Shown here: positions 21,430 to 30,525 of the stretch, in pieces
Numbering within the stretch: position 1 is the first letter of the stretch
Layout of the letters: the number at the start of each line of letters is the position of its first letter
Assembly (NCBI GenBank): GCA_015059545.1
Contig: SVAG01000002.1
Span: 8,653-72,652 of the forward strand
Direction of reading: 5' to 3'
Origin: Lactobacillales bacterium
GTDB taxonomy: Bacteria > Bacillota_I > Bacilli_A > RF39 > UBA660
DNA length: 64,000 nt
The notes under the pieces: generated by a model
Seen by the model: the letters and a program-made list of their open reading frames with translations, nothing else
Database searches by the model: none
Told to the model about the DNA's origin: nothing
Translations under genes and position numbers: made by a program

Positions 21430-22593
21430 TCATTTTCTTTTTACTTTTACATTACCTATTATAATTTTTCTTATATTATCATCATCTATTGTTTTATTTG
21501 TTTCTAAATATTCTTTTATTTTTATAACTATTTCATCTATATTATCTAAATATTCTTCTAGATTTAATTCTTTCATTTTATTTATAATTGCATGTTTTCC
21601 TGAATGGATTCCAATTACTATATTATCATTATTAATTCCTAAATCATCTGTATTTATTATTTCATATGTACTTTTATTTTTAAGTACTCCATGTTGATGT
21701 ATTCCTGCTTCATGTTTAAAGGCATTTTCTCCTACAATTGGTTTATTTCTTTGAACAATTGATCCTGTAATATCTACTAATAATTTACTAGAATTAATTA
21801 TTTCTTTTATATCAATATTTGTATCAGCATTATAGTAATCATTTCTTATTTTTAAAGCCATTACTATTTCTTCAAGTGCAGCATTACCAGCCCTTTCACC
21901 TATTCCATTTACTGTACATTCTACTTGAGTTACACCATTTTTTATTGCTTCTAATGTATTAGCAACTCCAAGTCCTAAATCATTATGACAATGTGTTGAT
22001 AAAGTAATTGTATCTATATTAGGTACATTATTTTTAATATATTCTATTATTTCTTTATATTCTGTTGGTGTTATATAACCTACTGTATCTGGAATATTTA
22101 TAGTAGTTGCTCCACTATTTATTGCTTCTTTTATAACACTCACCATAAACTCTTTTTCTGTTCTAGTAGCATCTTCTAATGAAAATTCTATATCATCACA
22201 TAAGCTTTTAGCATATTTAACCATTTCTTTTACTTTATTTAATACTTGTTGTTCTGTCATATTAAGTTTATTTTCCATATGTATTTTTGAAGTAGCTATA
22301 AATACGTGTATTCTTTTCTTTTTAGCAAACCTTAGTGATTCGTATGCTTTATCTATATCATCTTTATTTAAACGAGCAAGTGATGTAATAATAGGTTTTG
22401 TAACATTTTTAGATATTTCTTCTATAGCTTTTAAGTCTTTTGGACTACTTGCTGCAAATCCTGCTTCAATAACATCTACATTTAATCTTTCTAATTGGCG
22501 AGCAAACTCTACTTTTTCTTCTAATGTCATACTACATCTTGGAGATTGTTCTCCATCTCTTAACGTTGTATCAAATACTTTAATCGTTTTCAT
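21430..22593 (-). CDS. leuA: 2-isopropylmalate synthase, short form without C-terminal regulatory domain
   Basis: DTTLRDGEQ, HCHNDLGL, GIGERAGN, HEAGIHQHG; Leu-rich leader upstream. Confidence 0.88.
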   Translation of the reverse strand: MKTIKVFDTTLRDGEQSPRCSMTLEEKVEFARQLERLNVDVIEAGFAASSPKDLKAIEEISKNVTKPIITSLARLNKDDIDKAYESLRFAKKKRIHVFIATSKIHMENKLNMTEQQVLNKVKEMVKYAKSLCDDIEFSLEDATRTEKEFMVSVIKEAINSGATTINIPDTVGYITPTEYKEIIEYIKNNVPNIDTITLSTHCHNDLGLGVANTLEAIKNGVTQVECTVNGIGERAGNAALEEIVMALKIRNDYYNADTNIDIKEIINSSKLLVDITGSIVQRNKPIVGENAFKHEAGIHQHGVLKNKSTYEIINTDDLGINNDNIVIGIHSGKHAIINKMKELNLEEYLDNIDEIVIKIKEYLETNKTIDDDNIRKIIIGNVKVKRK

Positions 22594-22608
22594 AAAATTC
22601 CTCCTATC

Positions 22609-22647
22609 AAAAAAAGGTCCTAATATTATAGAAATATTAAGACCTTT
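22609..22647 (-). terminator. Attenuator terminator upstream of leuA
   Basis: AAAGGUCUUAAUAUU-ucuau-AAUAUUAGGACCUUU followed by UUUU, just before the leuA RBS. Confidence 0.88.
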
Positions 22648-22687
22648 ATATATTAAAATATTAACATCACAAATAAGCCTTATATTT

Positions 22688-22747
22688 CTAATAGAAAAAT
22701 AAAGCTAGGAGTAAAGTATTAACGTTATATAAATTATATTTTTTCAT
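22688..22747 (-). CDS. leu leader peptide (19 aa)
   Basis: AAGGAGG RBS; MKKYNLYNVNTLLLALFFY*; Leu run TTA-CTC-CTA-GCT-TTA. Confidence 0.85.
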   Translation of the reverse strand: MKKYNLYNVNTLLLALFFY

Positions 22748-22772
22748 AAATACCCTCCTTTGTGTTAAATAA

Positions 22773-22800
22773 AGTATAACACTTTAAATATTTTTGTCAA
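22773..22800 (-). promoter_or_regulatory. sigma-A promoter of leader-leuA
   Basis: TTGACA, 16 bp, TATACT with extended -10 TG. Confidence 0.75.
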
Positions 22801-22864
22801 TATTATTTATTATTATAATATTCATAATTATTTAATAGTTTAATAAAATTAATTAGGTGAATTT

Positions 22865-24217
22865 ATGAAAAAAAGATTTTTATTTATTATGTGTTTTTGT
22901 CTTTTAATGATTGGAATTTCTTTAAATATTAATTTAAAAGATAAAGATAAAATTAATAATTTAACTGGTAAAGTTTTAAATATTAATAATGAAAATGTTA
23001 CTATTCAAGATGATGAAGATATTATTTATACTTTTAATATTAAAAAACATGATATTGATGTTGGTGATAAGATAATAATTAAATATACTGGTGTTATTGA
23101 TAAAAATAATCATAAACAACATTGTAAAGTAATTAATTATAATGAAACTAAAGAAACTATTGAAGAAAATGGTATTCCTACTAGTTATTTAGATGATGGT
23201 ATTTTTAGTGATTATTATGTTATGGCTTATAATAAACTTAAAACTTTATCATTAGATGAAAAAATTGGTCAATTATTATTAGTTAGATATCCTGATAATA
23301 ATCAAATTGAAGATTTAAAAAAATATAAATTTAGTGGATTTGTATTTTATGAAAAAGATTTTAAAGATAAAACTAAAAATGAAGTTATAAATATGATAGA
23401 AAATTTAGAAAAAAATTCTAGTATTCCTTTACTTACTAGTGTTGATGAAGAAGGTGGTAAAATTATTAGAATAAGTAGTAATTCTAATTTAATAGATACT
23501 CCTTTTAAATCTCCTAGTGAACTTTATAATAATGGTGGTTTTACTAAAATTAAAGAAGATACTAAATATAAAAGTGAAATATTACATTCACTTGGACTTA
23601 ATGTTAATTTAGCTCCTGTTGTTGATGTTTCAACTAATTCTAATGATTATATATATGAAAGAACTTTAAAACAAGATACTAATAAAGTTTCAGATTACGC
23701 AAAAACTGTTATTGAAGCTAGTAAAGGTACAAATGTATCATACGTATTAAAACACTTTCCTGGATATGGAAATAATAGTGATACTCATATTAGTAGTTCT
23801 ACTTCATCAAAATCTTATGAAGATTTATTAAAATATGATATACCACCTTTTAAATCAGGTATTGATGTGGGTGCTGAAGCTATATTAGTTAGTCATAATA
23901 TCGTAAGTAGTATTGATAGTTCTAGTCCTGCTTCTTTATCTATAAATAATCATAATATACTTAGAGATGATTTAAATTTTACTGGTGTTATTTTAGCTGA
24001 TGATTTAGATATGGGTGCATTAGATAATATATCTAATAAATCATTAAAAGCTTTATTAGCTGGTAATAATTTAATTATTACAACTGATTATAAAGAAAGT
24101 TTTAATGAAATTAAGAGTGCAATTAATAATAATGAACTAAGTGAAGATACTATTGATAAATTAGTATTTAAAGTATTAGCATGGAAATATTATAAAGGAT
24201 TATTTTTATCAAAATAA
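22865..24217 (+). CDS. Secreted/anchored GH3 beta-N-acetylhexosaminidase (NagZ-like)
   Basis: Signal/TM, SVDEEGG, LAPVVD, KHFPGYGNNSDTH NagZ-type motif, DDLDM. Confidence 0.88.
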   Translation: MKKRFLFIMCFCLLMIGISLNINLKDKDKINNLTGKVLNINNENVTIQDDEDIIYTFNIKKHDIDVGDKIIIKYTGVIDKNNHKQHCKVINYNETKETIEENGIPTSYLDDGIFSDYYVMAYNKLKTLSLDEKIGQLLLVRYPDNNQIEDLKKYKFSGFVFYEKDFKDKTKNEVINMIENLEKNSSIPLLTSVDEEGGKIIRISSNSNLIDTPFKSPSELYNNGGFTKIKEDTKYKSEILHSLGLNVNLAPVVDVSTNSNDYIYERTLKQDTNKVSDYAKTVIEASKGTNVSYVLKHFPGYGNNSDTHISSSTSSKSYEDLLKYDIPPFKSGIDVGAEAILVSHNIVSSIDSSSPASLSINNHNILRDDLNFTGVILADDLDMGALDNISNKSLKALLAGNNLIITTDYKESFNEIKSAINNNELSEDTIDKLVFKVLAWKYYKGLFLSK

Positions 24218-24240
24218 AAAATCACATAAGTGATTTTTTT
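24217..24240. terminator. Bidirectional terminator GH3/map
   Basis: AAAAATCAC-ataa-GTGATTTTT. Confidence 0.7.
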
Positions 24241-24991
24241 AGTCTAATCTTGGAGTTAATATTTCATAACCATCTTTTGTTACTAATATTGTATGTTCAT
24301 AATGAGCAGATGGTAATCCATCATCTGTTTTTATTGTCCAGTTATCATCCATCATATAAATATATCTTGAGCCTAAATTAAGCATTGGTTCTATACATAT
24401 TACCATTCCTTCTTTTAATTTAGGTCCTTCTCCTTTTTTACCATAATTTGGTACATCAGGATCTTCATGCATATCTGTTCCTATACCATGACCACATAAT
24501 TCTCTTATTACTCCTAAATTATGTTTTTTAGCATACTCTTCTACTGCATTTGATATATCTCCTATATGATTACCAGGTTTTACTTGTTTTATCCCTTCAT
24601 AAAGTGCTTTTTCTGTATGTTCCATTAAATATTTCTTTTTAGGACTTATTTCTCCCACTTGATATGTCCATGCTGCATCTCCTTGATATCCCTTATATCC
24701 TATAACCATATCTATTGTTATAATATCGCCATTTTTTAATTTTCTATTGCTTGGTATTCCATGAACTACTTCATCATTTACACTTGTACAAAGTGTTGCT
24801 GGAAATCCTTCATAACCTAAACAAGATGGTACTCCATCATGTTCTATAATAAAATCATAAGCTAATTTATCTAATTCTTTTGTTGTTATACCTGCTTTTA
24901 TAAATGGTTCTAAATATTTATGTGTTAATGATACTAAATGACCTGCTTTACGCATTAATTCTATTTCATTTTCATTCTTTATACTTATCAT
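24239..24991 (-). CDS. map: Methionine aminopeptidase type I
   Basis: SVNDEVVHGIP, GHGIG..MHEDP, IEPM, SAHYEHT. Confidence 0.97.
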   Translation of the reverse strand: MISIKNENEIELMRKAGHLVSLTHKYLEPFIKAGITTKELDKLAYDFIIEHDGVPSCLGYEGFPATLCTSVNDEVVHGIPSNRKLKNGDIITIDMVIGYKGYQGDAAWTYQVGEISPKKKYLMEHTEKALYEGIKQVKPGNHIGDISNAVEEYAKKHNLGVIRELCGHGIGTDMHEDPDVPNYGKKGEGPKLKEGMVICIEPMLNLGSRYIYMMDDNWTIKTDDGLPSAHYEHTILVTKDGYEILTPRLD

Positions 24992-25039
24992 AATAACCTC
25001 TTTTCAATTATTATTTTATCATTTTTATTTATTAATTGT

Positions 25040-26074
25040 CTACTTTATTTTTTGTTTATTTTTTTCATTAATAGTATCTGATATAACTTTTAAATCTTCA
25101 TAAATATAATTATATCCTTCTATTAATAATCCTTCATTAGCATTTAATAATTGAACTATTCTTTCACATGAATTTTTATATTCTTTTTTTGTATATGTTT
25201 CATCTATATCTTTTTCTAATATTATTTGTTCAAATAAATTGTCATAATCACAATCACTTAATAAATTCATACTAGATAACATTTTTAATTCAAAAATTCC
25301 ATATCCATTAATTATATTAGCATAGTCTTTATCTAAAATTCTTAATAGTGACATATTAGTAATATCATAAATATATAATTTTTCTTCATCTCTTATTAAA
25401 TTTACTGCATGATTACCTATTTGTTTTTCTATAAAATTATATAATGGTTTTATTATTTCTTTTTGTTCATTTTTTTGACTCTTTTTTTTGATTTTTGGTT
25501 TATATTGAACTTTATATTCTTCTTTATTATTTGGAAATTTGCATAATATTATTGATGATTTTATATTTTTCATATGTAAAAAATCATTTAATAAATCTGC
25601 ATAATTTAAACATACACCATTACCATTTGCTACATCTAATGCTTGTAATCCTTTAATTGATGTATTTTCTAATTCTTGATATGTATGTTCACCTGTTACA
25701 GAAAAATATCCATTCCACAAAAGATAAGTAACATAAATACATAAATCTAAAGGATTAGTTATATTTAAATAAGTTGCTAATTCTGAATATGTATATAATA
25801 CATTATAATAATTTTCTAATACTGTTTCATAATTTTTAATTTCTTCATCTGTTTGATCTTTTGTATCCATAAGTAACCATACATCAATAAAATTAAAAGA
25901 AAACTTAGTTTTTACCATCATATCTAAAATAGTATTAAAATTATTTTTTATAAATTTTTTATCATTAGCTTGATAAGCATCACTGATTGCTTTTAAACAT
26001 AGTATTTTTTTATCTCTTCTACTTAATTCAATTTTTTCTTCTTCAATTTTTTCATTTCCATGCTTTTTATACAT
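25040..26074 (-). CDS. Transglutaminase-like (Cys-His-Asp) hypothetical protein
   Basis: GNGVCLNYA, GNHAVNLI, YIYDITN. Start at 26074 behind AAGGGG; TTGACA-17-TATAAT promoter at 26103-26131. Confidence 0.65.
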   Translation of the reverse strand: MYKKHGNEKIEEEKIELSRRDKKILCLKAISDAYQANDKKFIKNNFNTILDMMVKTKFSFNFIDVWLLMDTKDQTDEEIKNYETVLENYYNVLYTYSELATYLNITNPLDLCIYVTYLLWNGYFSVTGEHTYQELENTSIKGLQALDVANGNGVCLNYADLLNDFLHMKNIKSSIILCKFPNNKEEYKVQYKPKIKKKSQKNEQKEIIKPLYNFIEKQIGNHAVNLIRDEEKLYIYDITNMSLLRILDKDYANIINGYGIFELKMLSSMNLLSDCDYDNLFEQIILEKDIDETYTKKEYKNSCERIVQLLNANEGLLIEGYNYIYEDLKVISDTINEKNKQKIK

Positions 26075-26163
26075 ATAAAACACCCCTTTTTTAACAGAAG
26101 ATATTATATATTTCAAAACACTTTTTGTCAACAAAAAAACAACCTAAGTTGTTTATTTCTATA

Positions 26164-26240
26164 TGGTAGCGAGAAAGAGATTCGAACTCTTGACCTATCG
26201 GGTATGAACCGATTGCTCTAGCCAGCTGAGCTATCTCGCC
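26164..26240 (-). tRNA. tRNA-Met (CAT), elongator type
   Basis: GGCGAGATAGCTCAGCTGGCTAGAGCAATCGGTT-CAT-ACCCGATAGGTCAAGAGTTCGAATCTCTTTCTCGCTACCA; resembles Firmicute elongator Met and lacks the initiator GGG/CCC stem. Confidence 0.92.
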
Positions 26241-26320
26241 ATCTGAAGAACAAATTAATTATAACAAATTTGTTTTCATTTGACAATACCTTTTTTTATT
26301 TATATTACATTTTTTTATTT

Positions 26321-26713
26321 TTATACATTATGTAATGATAAATGTTTTCTTTTATGTTTTACTTCACGTAATTCACTTATTTTATTTTCTTTATAATTTA
26401 TTGTCTTATAAATTTTATATAATCTATGTTTAGAAACAAATCCAATTTTTAATTCTTTTTCAGTTAGATAATCTTTTATATCAATACATCTTTCAACATA
26501 TAATTCTTTTTCTTCTACTTCACTACTTGATGATCTATATTTAGAATGTGTAAATATTTCTTCATAATTATATTGCCATGAATTGCAAAGTCCAGGAATC
26601 TTTCTTAAGATGAATTTATTATTTTCTGGAATATGTTCATAACTTGATTCTGTCTTATTTATTATACTCATTTGTCCAATTGTTAATTCTTTTATGTTAT
26701 AAAAACCCAACAT
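26321..26713 (-). CDS. Hypothetical protein
   Basis: 130-aa ORF with purine-rich RBS; no recognisable motif. Confidence 0.6.
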   Translation of the reverse strand: MLGFYNIKELTIGQMSIINKTESSYEHIPENNKFILRKIPGLCNSWQYNYEEIFTHSKYRSSSSEVEEKELYVERCIDIKDYLTEKELKIGFVSKHRLYKIYKTINYKENKISELREVKHKRKHLSLHNV

Positions 26714-26731
26714 CTTTTTTCCCTTTTCTTC

Positions 26732-27112
26732 CTATTTTAATTTTTTATCAAGTAGTTTTTTCAATTTTTCTACTTTATCAAATTCCATATTATGTGTTAC
26801 TTTAATAATTGATTTATACATCATATTAAATCTTATCATTACACCTATAAATGTTAAGAATATTACTAATGCTCCTAAAACATATAAATCTAATATTAAG
26901 AAATAGATTCCAATAGAAAATCCTACTAATACTATTAGATATAATATCAATGCAACTAATTTATTTTTCATTTGTAATTCTAATATTGTTACTTTAGATT
27001 TTAAATATTTTATTTGATCATCTTTATTTAAACTATCAATAACATTATTATATACTATTTCACTTTTGCTTTTTTCATCCCCATTTATTCTTATATCTAT
27101 TTTTTCAGTCAT
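26732..27112 (-). CDS. 2-TM membrane protein
   Basis: RBS GGGG; coiled-coil followed by a hydrophobic hairpin. Confidence 0.7.
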   Translation of the reverse strand: MTEKIDIRINGDEKSKSEIVYNNVIDSLNKDDQIKYLKSKVTILELQMKNKLVALILYLIVLVGFSIGIYFLILDLYVLGALVIFLTFIGVMIRFNMMYKSIIKVTHNMEFDKVEKLKKLLDKKLK

Positions 27113-27167
27113 ATCTATTCCCCCATAACTTGATTATTTATTATATCATATTTTTATATTATTTCAA

Positions 27168-27656
27168 CTATTTTACACTACCAAATCTATCAAATGGGAA
27201 AAGGGCTATATCACTTACACCTTCTAAATCATTTTTGCTTATAAATCCTATCATTCTACTATCTGTTGAATTATCTCTATTATCTCCCATAACAAAATAA
27301 TATCCTTTTGGTATTTTTTTATCTATTTCAAAATCAGATGTTTCTGTATTTCTTTTAAATCTTTCTTTTACATATTTTCCATTAACATATAATTTATTAT
27401 CTTTATATTCAATATGTTCACCAGGTAATCCTATTATTCTTTTTATTAATTTACTATTATTATAATTAAGTACTACTATATCAAATCTTTTATATTTTTG
27501 ATCATATTTTTTTAGTAGTAATATTTCATTATCTTTTAGTGTTGGATACATTGAATTTCCATCTACTTGTACTGGAGTTACTATAAACATTCTAATTAAA
27601 ACTACTACTACTATTATAATCACATAAGGTATTAATTCTTTTATAAAATTTTTCAT
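27168..27656 (-). CDS. lepB: Signal peptidase I
   Basis: GNSMYPTL, IKRIIGLPG, MGDNRDNSTDSR. Confidence 0.96.
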   Translation of the reverse strand: MKNFIKELIPYVIIIVVVVLIRMFIVTPVQVDGNSMYPTLKDNEILLLKKYDQKYKRFDIVVLNYNNSKLIKRIIGLPGEHIEYKDNKLYVNGKYVKERFKRNTETSDFEIDKKIPKGYYFVMGDNRDNSTDSRMIGFISKNDLEGVSDIALFPFDRFGSVK

Positions 27657-27673
27657 ATTAACAAAAATAAGGC

Positions 27674-28024
27674 CTATGCAGCCTTATCTCTTCTTTCTTT
27701 GATTTTTGGTTGGCTAACTAAGTTTCTAATATAACCTAATTTAGCTTGTCTTACTTTACCTTTTCTAATAACTTCAATTGAATCAATAAGTGGTGTATTC
27801 ATAGGGAAAGTTCTTTCAACCCCAATACCTTGTGATTTTTTTCTAACAATAAAGTTTTTAGAAATTCCTGATCCTTGAATAGACATTACAAGTCCTTCGA
27901 AAGCTTGAATTCTTTCTTTGTTTCCTTCTTTGATTTTGTAGTTAACTTTTACAGTATCTCCTACACGGAATTCTGGAAGATCAGTTCTGATTTGGTTTTT
28001 AGTAATTTGTTCTACCTTATTCAT
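27674..28024 (-). CDS. rplS: 50S ribosomal protein L19
   Basis: [29 protein letters not shown]. Confidence 0.99.
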   Translation of the reverse strand: MNKVEQITKNQIRTDLPEFRVGDTVKVNYKIKEGNKERIQAFEGLVMSIQGSGISKNFIVRKKSQGIGVERTFPMNTPLIDSIEVIRKGKVRQAKLGYIRNLVSQPKIKERRDKAA

Positions 28025-28029
28025 CTTTA

Positions 28030-28092
28030 CGCTTCCTCTCTATATTATTTTTGTTTACATGATCATAAGATATACTCAGCGGATCAACAACT
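28030..28092 (-). promoter_or_regulatory. Possible L19 leader
   Basis: 5' UTR contains TGTTGATCCGCTG...ATGTAAACA, reminiscent of the Firmicute L19 leader. Confidence 0.4.
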
Positions 28093-28210
28093 ACTTAATT
28101 TTATCACATAAATTGTAAAAATACAACAACAAAGTGTTATTTTTTAGTAATTTTATAATAAATTTATATTAAATTATATAATATACAAATTATATTACTT
28201 TTTTGATATG

Positions 28211-29173
28211 TTAATATTTTCTTTTTTTTGTTTTTTCTATATCATTTTCTACTAACAGAATTTTTTGTTGTAACAATTGAATTTTATTTAACAATGTTTC
28301 TTTTTCTTTTTCTAATTCATCTTTTTTATTATAGAGCATTTCCAATTTTTCATCTTGATTAGAAAATATTATATCTTCTAAACAAAGCCCGATAAGTCTT
28401 AATTTAGAATCAATTTGTTCTAATTTTATTTTTCCTACACTTCTAATATTTTTTAAACCTTTTACACCTATTTTAGTAAAATCATTCAAACAACATATGT
28501 TACTTCTCCACAATAATCTTTCAAGAGAAACATCTAATCCTAATTCAGAAATATTCAAATTCATTTTTTCTTCATAAGATAATTTTTCTAATTCACTATA
28601 ATCAATTATTTTATTAGGAGTTAATTCTAATTCAAAATCTTTTAATTTTTTTTCTATTTTTTTACATGTATCTTCATTTATTCCACTAAATTCACAAAGT
28701 TCATCGCATGTCATTTTAACTAAATCACCAACTTTGTTTATACCTTTTGAAAATAAAATATTAGAGATATAACCTGGTAGATGTAATACCCAAATACTTG
28801 TATTAAGAGTTTCATCCTCATAATCAGCTATTTTTTTATTAGTGACAATTTGATACTTAATTTTATTTCTAGCTTTTCTTAATATATTATAAACATTTGA
28901 TAATGAAATGTTATATTTTTTTGCTATATCAGTTAAAGTATAGCAATTTTCATCACATTTAATATTATATGCTTTTCTAAAAACATCTACTTCTATTTCA
29001 TTTAATGTACCAACAAATACCTTTGTTTCATCATAAAAATCATCAACCAATTTTTCTAATTGATAAAATTTCTCTTGATTTAAATTTTTTTCTTCCTCAT
29101 TAGCATAAAATAAATTTATCTTTAAATCCTCAATTAATTTGTTAACCACAAAGTCTCTACTTAAACTTTCCAT
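28211..29173 (-). CDS. Sigma70 region-4 HTH + two RNA polymerase alpha-CTD-like domains + coiled coil
   Basis: TLTDIAKKYNISLSNVYNILRKARNKIK; SIWVLHL...GINKVGDLV...ELCEFSGI; NISELGL...LKNIRSVGKIKLEQI. Own TTGACA-17-TAGAAT promoter at 29204-29232. Confidence 0.75.
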   Translation of the reverse strand: MESLSRDFVVNKLIEDLKINLFYANEEEKNLNQEKFYQLEKLVDDFYDETKVFVGTLNEIEVDVFRKAYNIKCDENCYTLTDIAKKYNISLSNVYNILRKARNKIKYQIVTNKKIADYEDETLNTSIWVLHLPGYISNILFSKGINKVGDLVKMTCDELCEFSGINEDTCKKIEKKLKDFELELTPNKIIDYSELEKLSYEEKMNLNISELGLDVSLERLLWRSNICCLNDFTKIGVKGLKNIRSVGKIKLEQIDSKLRLIGLCLEDIIFSNQDEKLEMLYNKKDELEKEKETLLNKIQLLQQKILLVENDIEKTKKRKY

Positions 29174-29347
29174 TTTTATATTTTCCCCCTTTAATTTCGT
29201 GATATTCTAACATTAATAAGTATTTTTGTCAAATTTATCTTATTTGAATATAGCAAATTTAATATTAGAAAATAAAATATAATATTTCACATAATTTATT
29301 TTAAAATTTAAAACGCTAATTATATTTATATTTAAAATAATGATGTT

Positions 29348-30517
29348 TTATTTAACTTTTTTGTTATCAAATATTTCAATAGCGCATTCTAATTCTTTAT
29401 CTATACCATCTTTATAATCTTCTAATGTTTTTTTAGAATAATAGTCAGGTTCAAATATTTGTGGTATAAATAATTTTTTATTTCGCTTTAATTCTTTAAA
29501 TTTTTCTTTTGTATCAGCATATTTAAAATTTTCATATTTATATGTAGTATCCATATAAAAATATTTATTACATATTGGTATAATAAATTTATCATATTTA
29601 ATTGAAGGTGCATTACCAAAACAATTTAAAGATGTACCTATATTAGTTCCAACAAATTTACTATCTATATTTTTTAAATCTAAAATTGCAAATCTACCTC
29701 CAGAAAATACATATTCATCTACTAACGTTATAACTTCTTTGTTTTTTAAAAATTCTATTAAAGGATTTATAATTGCAGAATTTCCACCTTGATTTCCTCT
29801 TATATCAACGATAAATTTATTTATATTTAATTCTGATGATATCTTATTTATTTCTTCTACAAAATTAATCATTTGATTTTCATATTCTTCTCTACACATA
29901 TTATAAACAATATGCATTTTATCATTTATTATATGATAAGAGTAATTACTTCTCGGTTTATTTATTTTAATTAATGATTCTTCACTTTTTGTAAATTGCT
30001 TATTAATTATTTCATTATCTTTTTTTAATGTAAATTCAAATTCATCTTTAGTTGAATCAATTGATGGTAATGATTTTAGCTTAATACCATTATATAATAT
30101 AGTTTCTATCGGATATATTAAATACTCTTTTGTAGAATATGCAATCATATTTTTTATTTCATCTATTAATACATTTATATCAATTCCATTTATTTTTAAA
30201 ACTTCACTATATAATAGTTCTTTATTATCTTCACTTGTTCTAATAATATATACTTTATTATCTATATATTTAAATCTAAGAGGTAAATTAAAATCAGCTT
30301 CATACCATATTAATTTAGTATGAGAATCATATATACCAAATATTTTTTTTATAATAACATTAGTATAATAATAGAAGTCATAATCATTATTAATATTATT
30401 TTCTTTAAAAATCTTATCAATATATTCATCTAATTCTTCTTTTGTAATATTAAAATACATATCAATATGATTTTTTTCTATTAAATTTAATATATCATTT
30501 AATTTATTTCTATACAT
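29348..30517 (-). CDS. S41 family peptidase-like protein
   Basis: DSHT, PDZ-like VLKINGI, IVDIRGNQGGN, LVDEYVFSG, PDY. Confidence 0.75.
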   Translation of the reverse strand: MYRNKLNDILNLIEKNHIDMYFNITKEELDEYIDKIFKENNINNDYDFYYYTNVIIKKIFGIYDSHTKLIWYEADFNLPLRFKYIDNKVYIIRTSEDNKELLYSEVLKINGIDINVLIDEIKNMIAYSTKEYLIYPIETILYNGIKLKSLPSIDSTKDEFEFTLKKDNEIINKQFTKSEESLIKINKPRSNYSYHIINDKMHIVYNMCREEYENQMINFVEEINKISSELNINKFIVDIRGNQGGNSAIINPLIEFLKNKEVITLVDEYVFSGGRFAILDLKNIDSKFVGTNIGTSLNCFGNAPSIKYDKFIIPICNKYFYMDTTYKYENFKYADTKEKFKELKRNKKLFIPQIFEPDYYSKKTLEDYKDGIDKELECAIEIFDNKKVK

Positions 30518-30525
30518 ATATTCAC

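Noticed and set aside
11472-26240. tRNA-anchored genomic islands at tRNA-Lys or tRNA-Met
   Set aside because: No integrase and no duplicated tRNA 3' end was seen.
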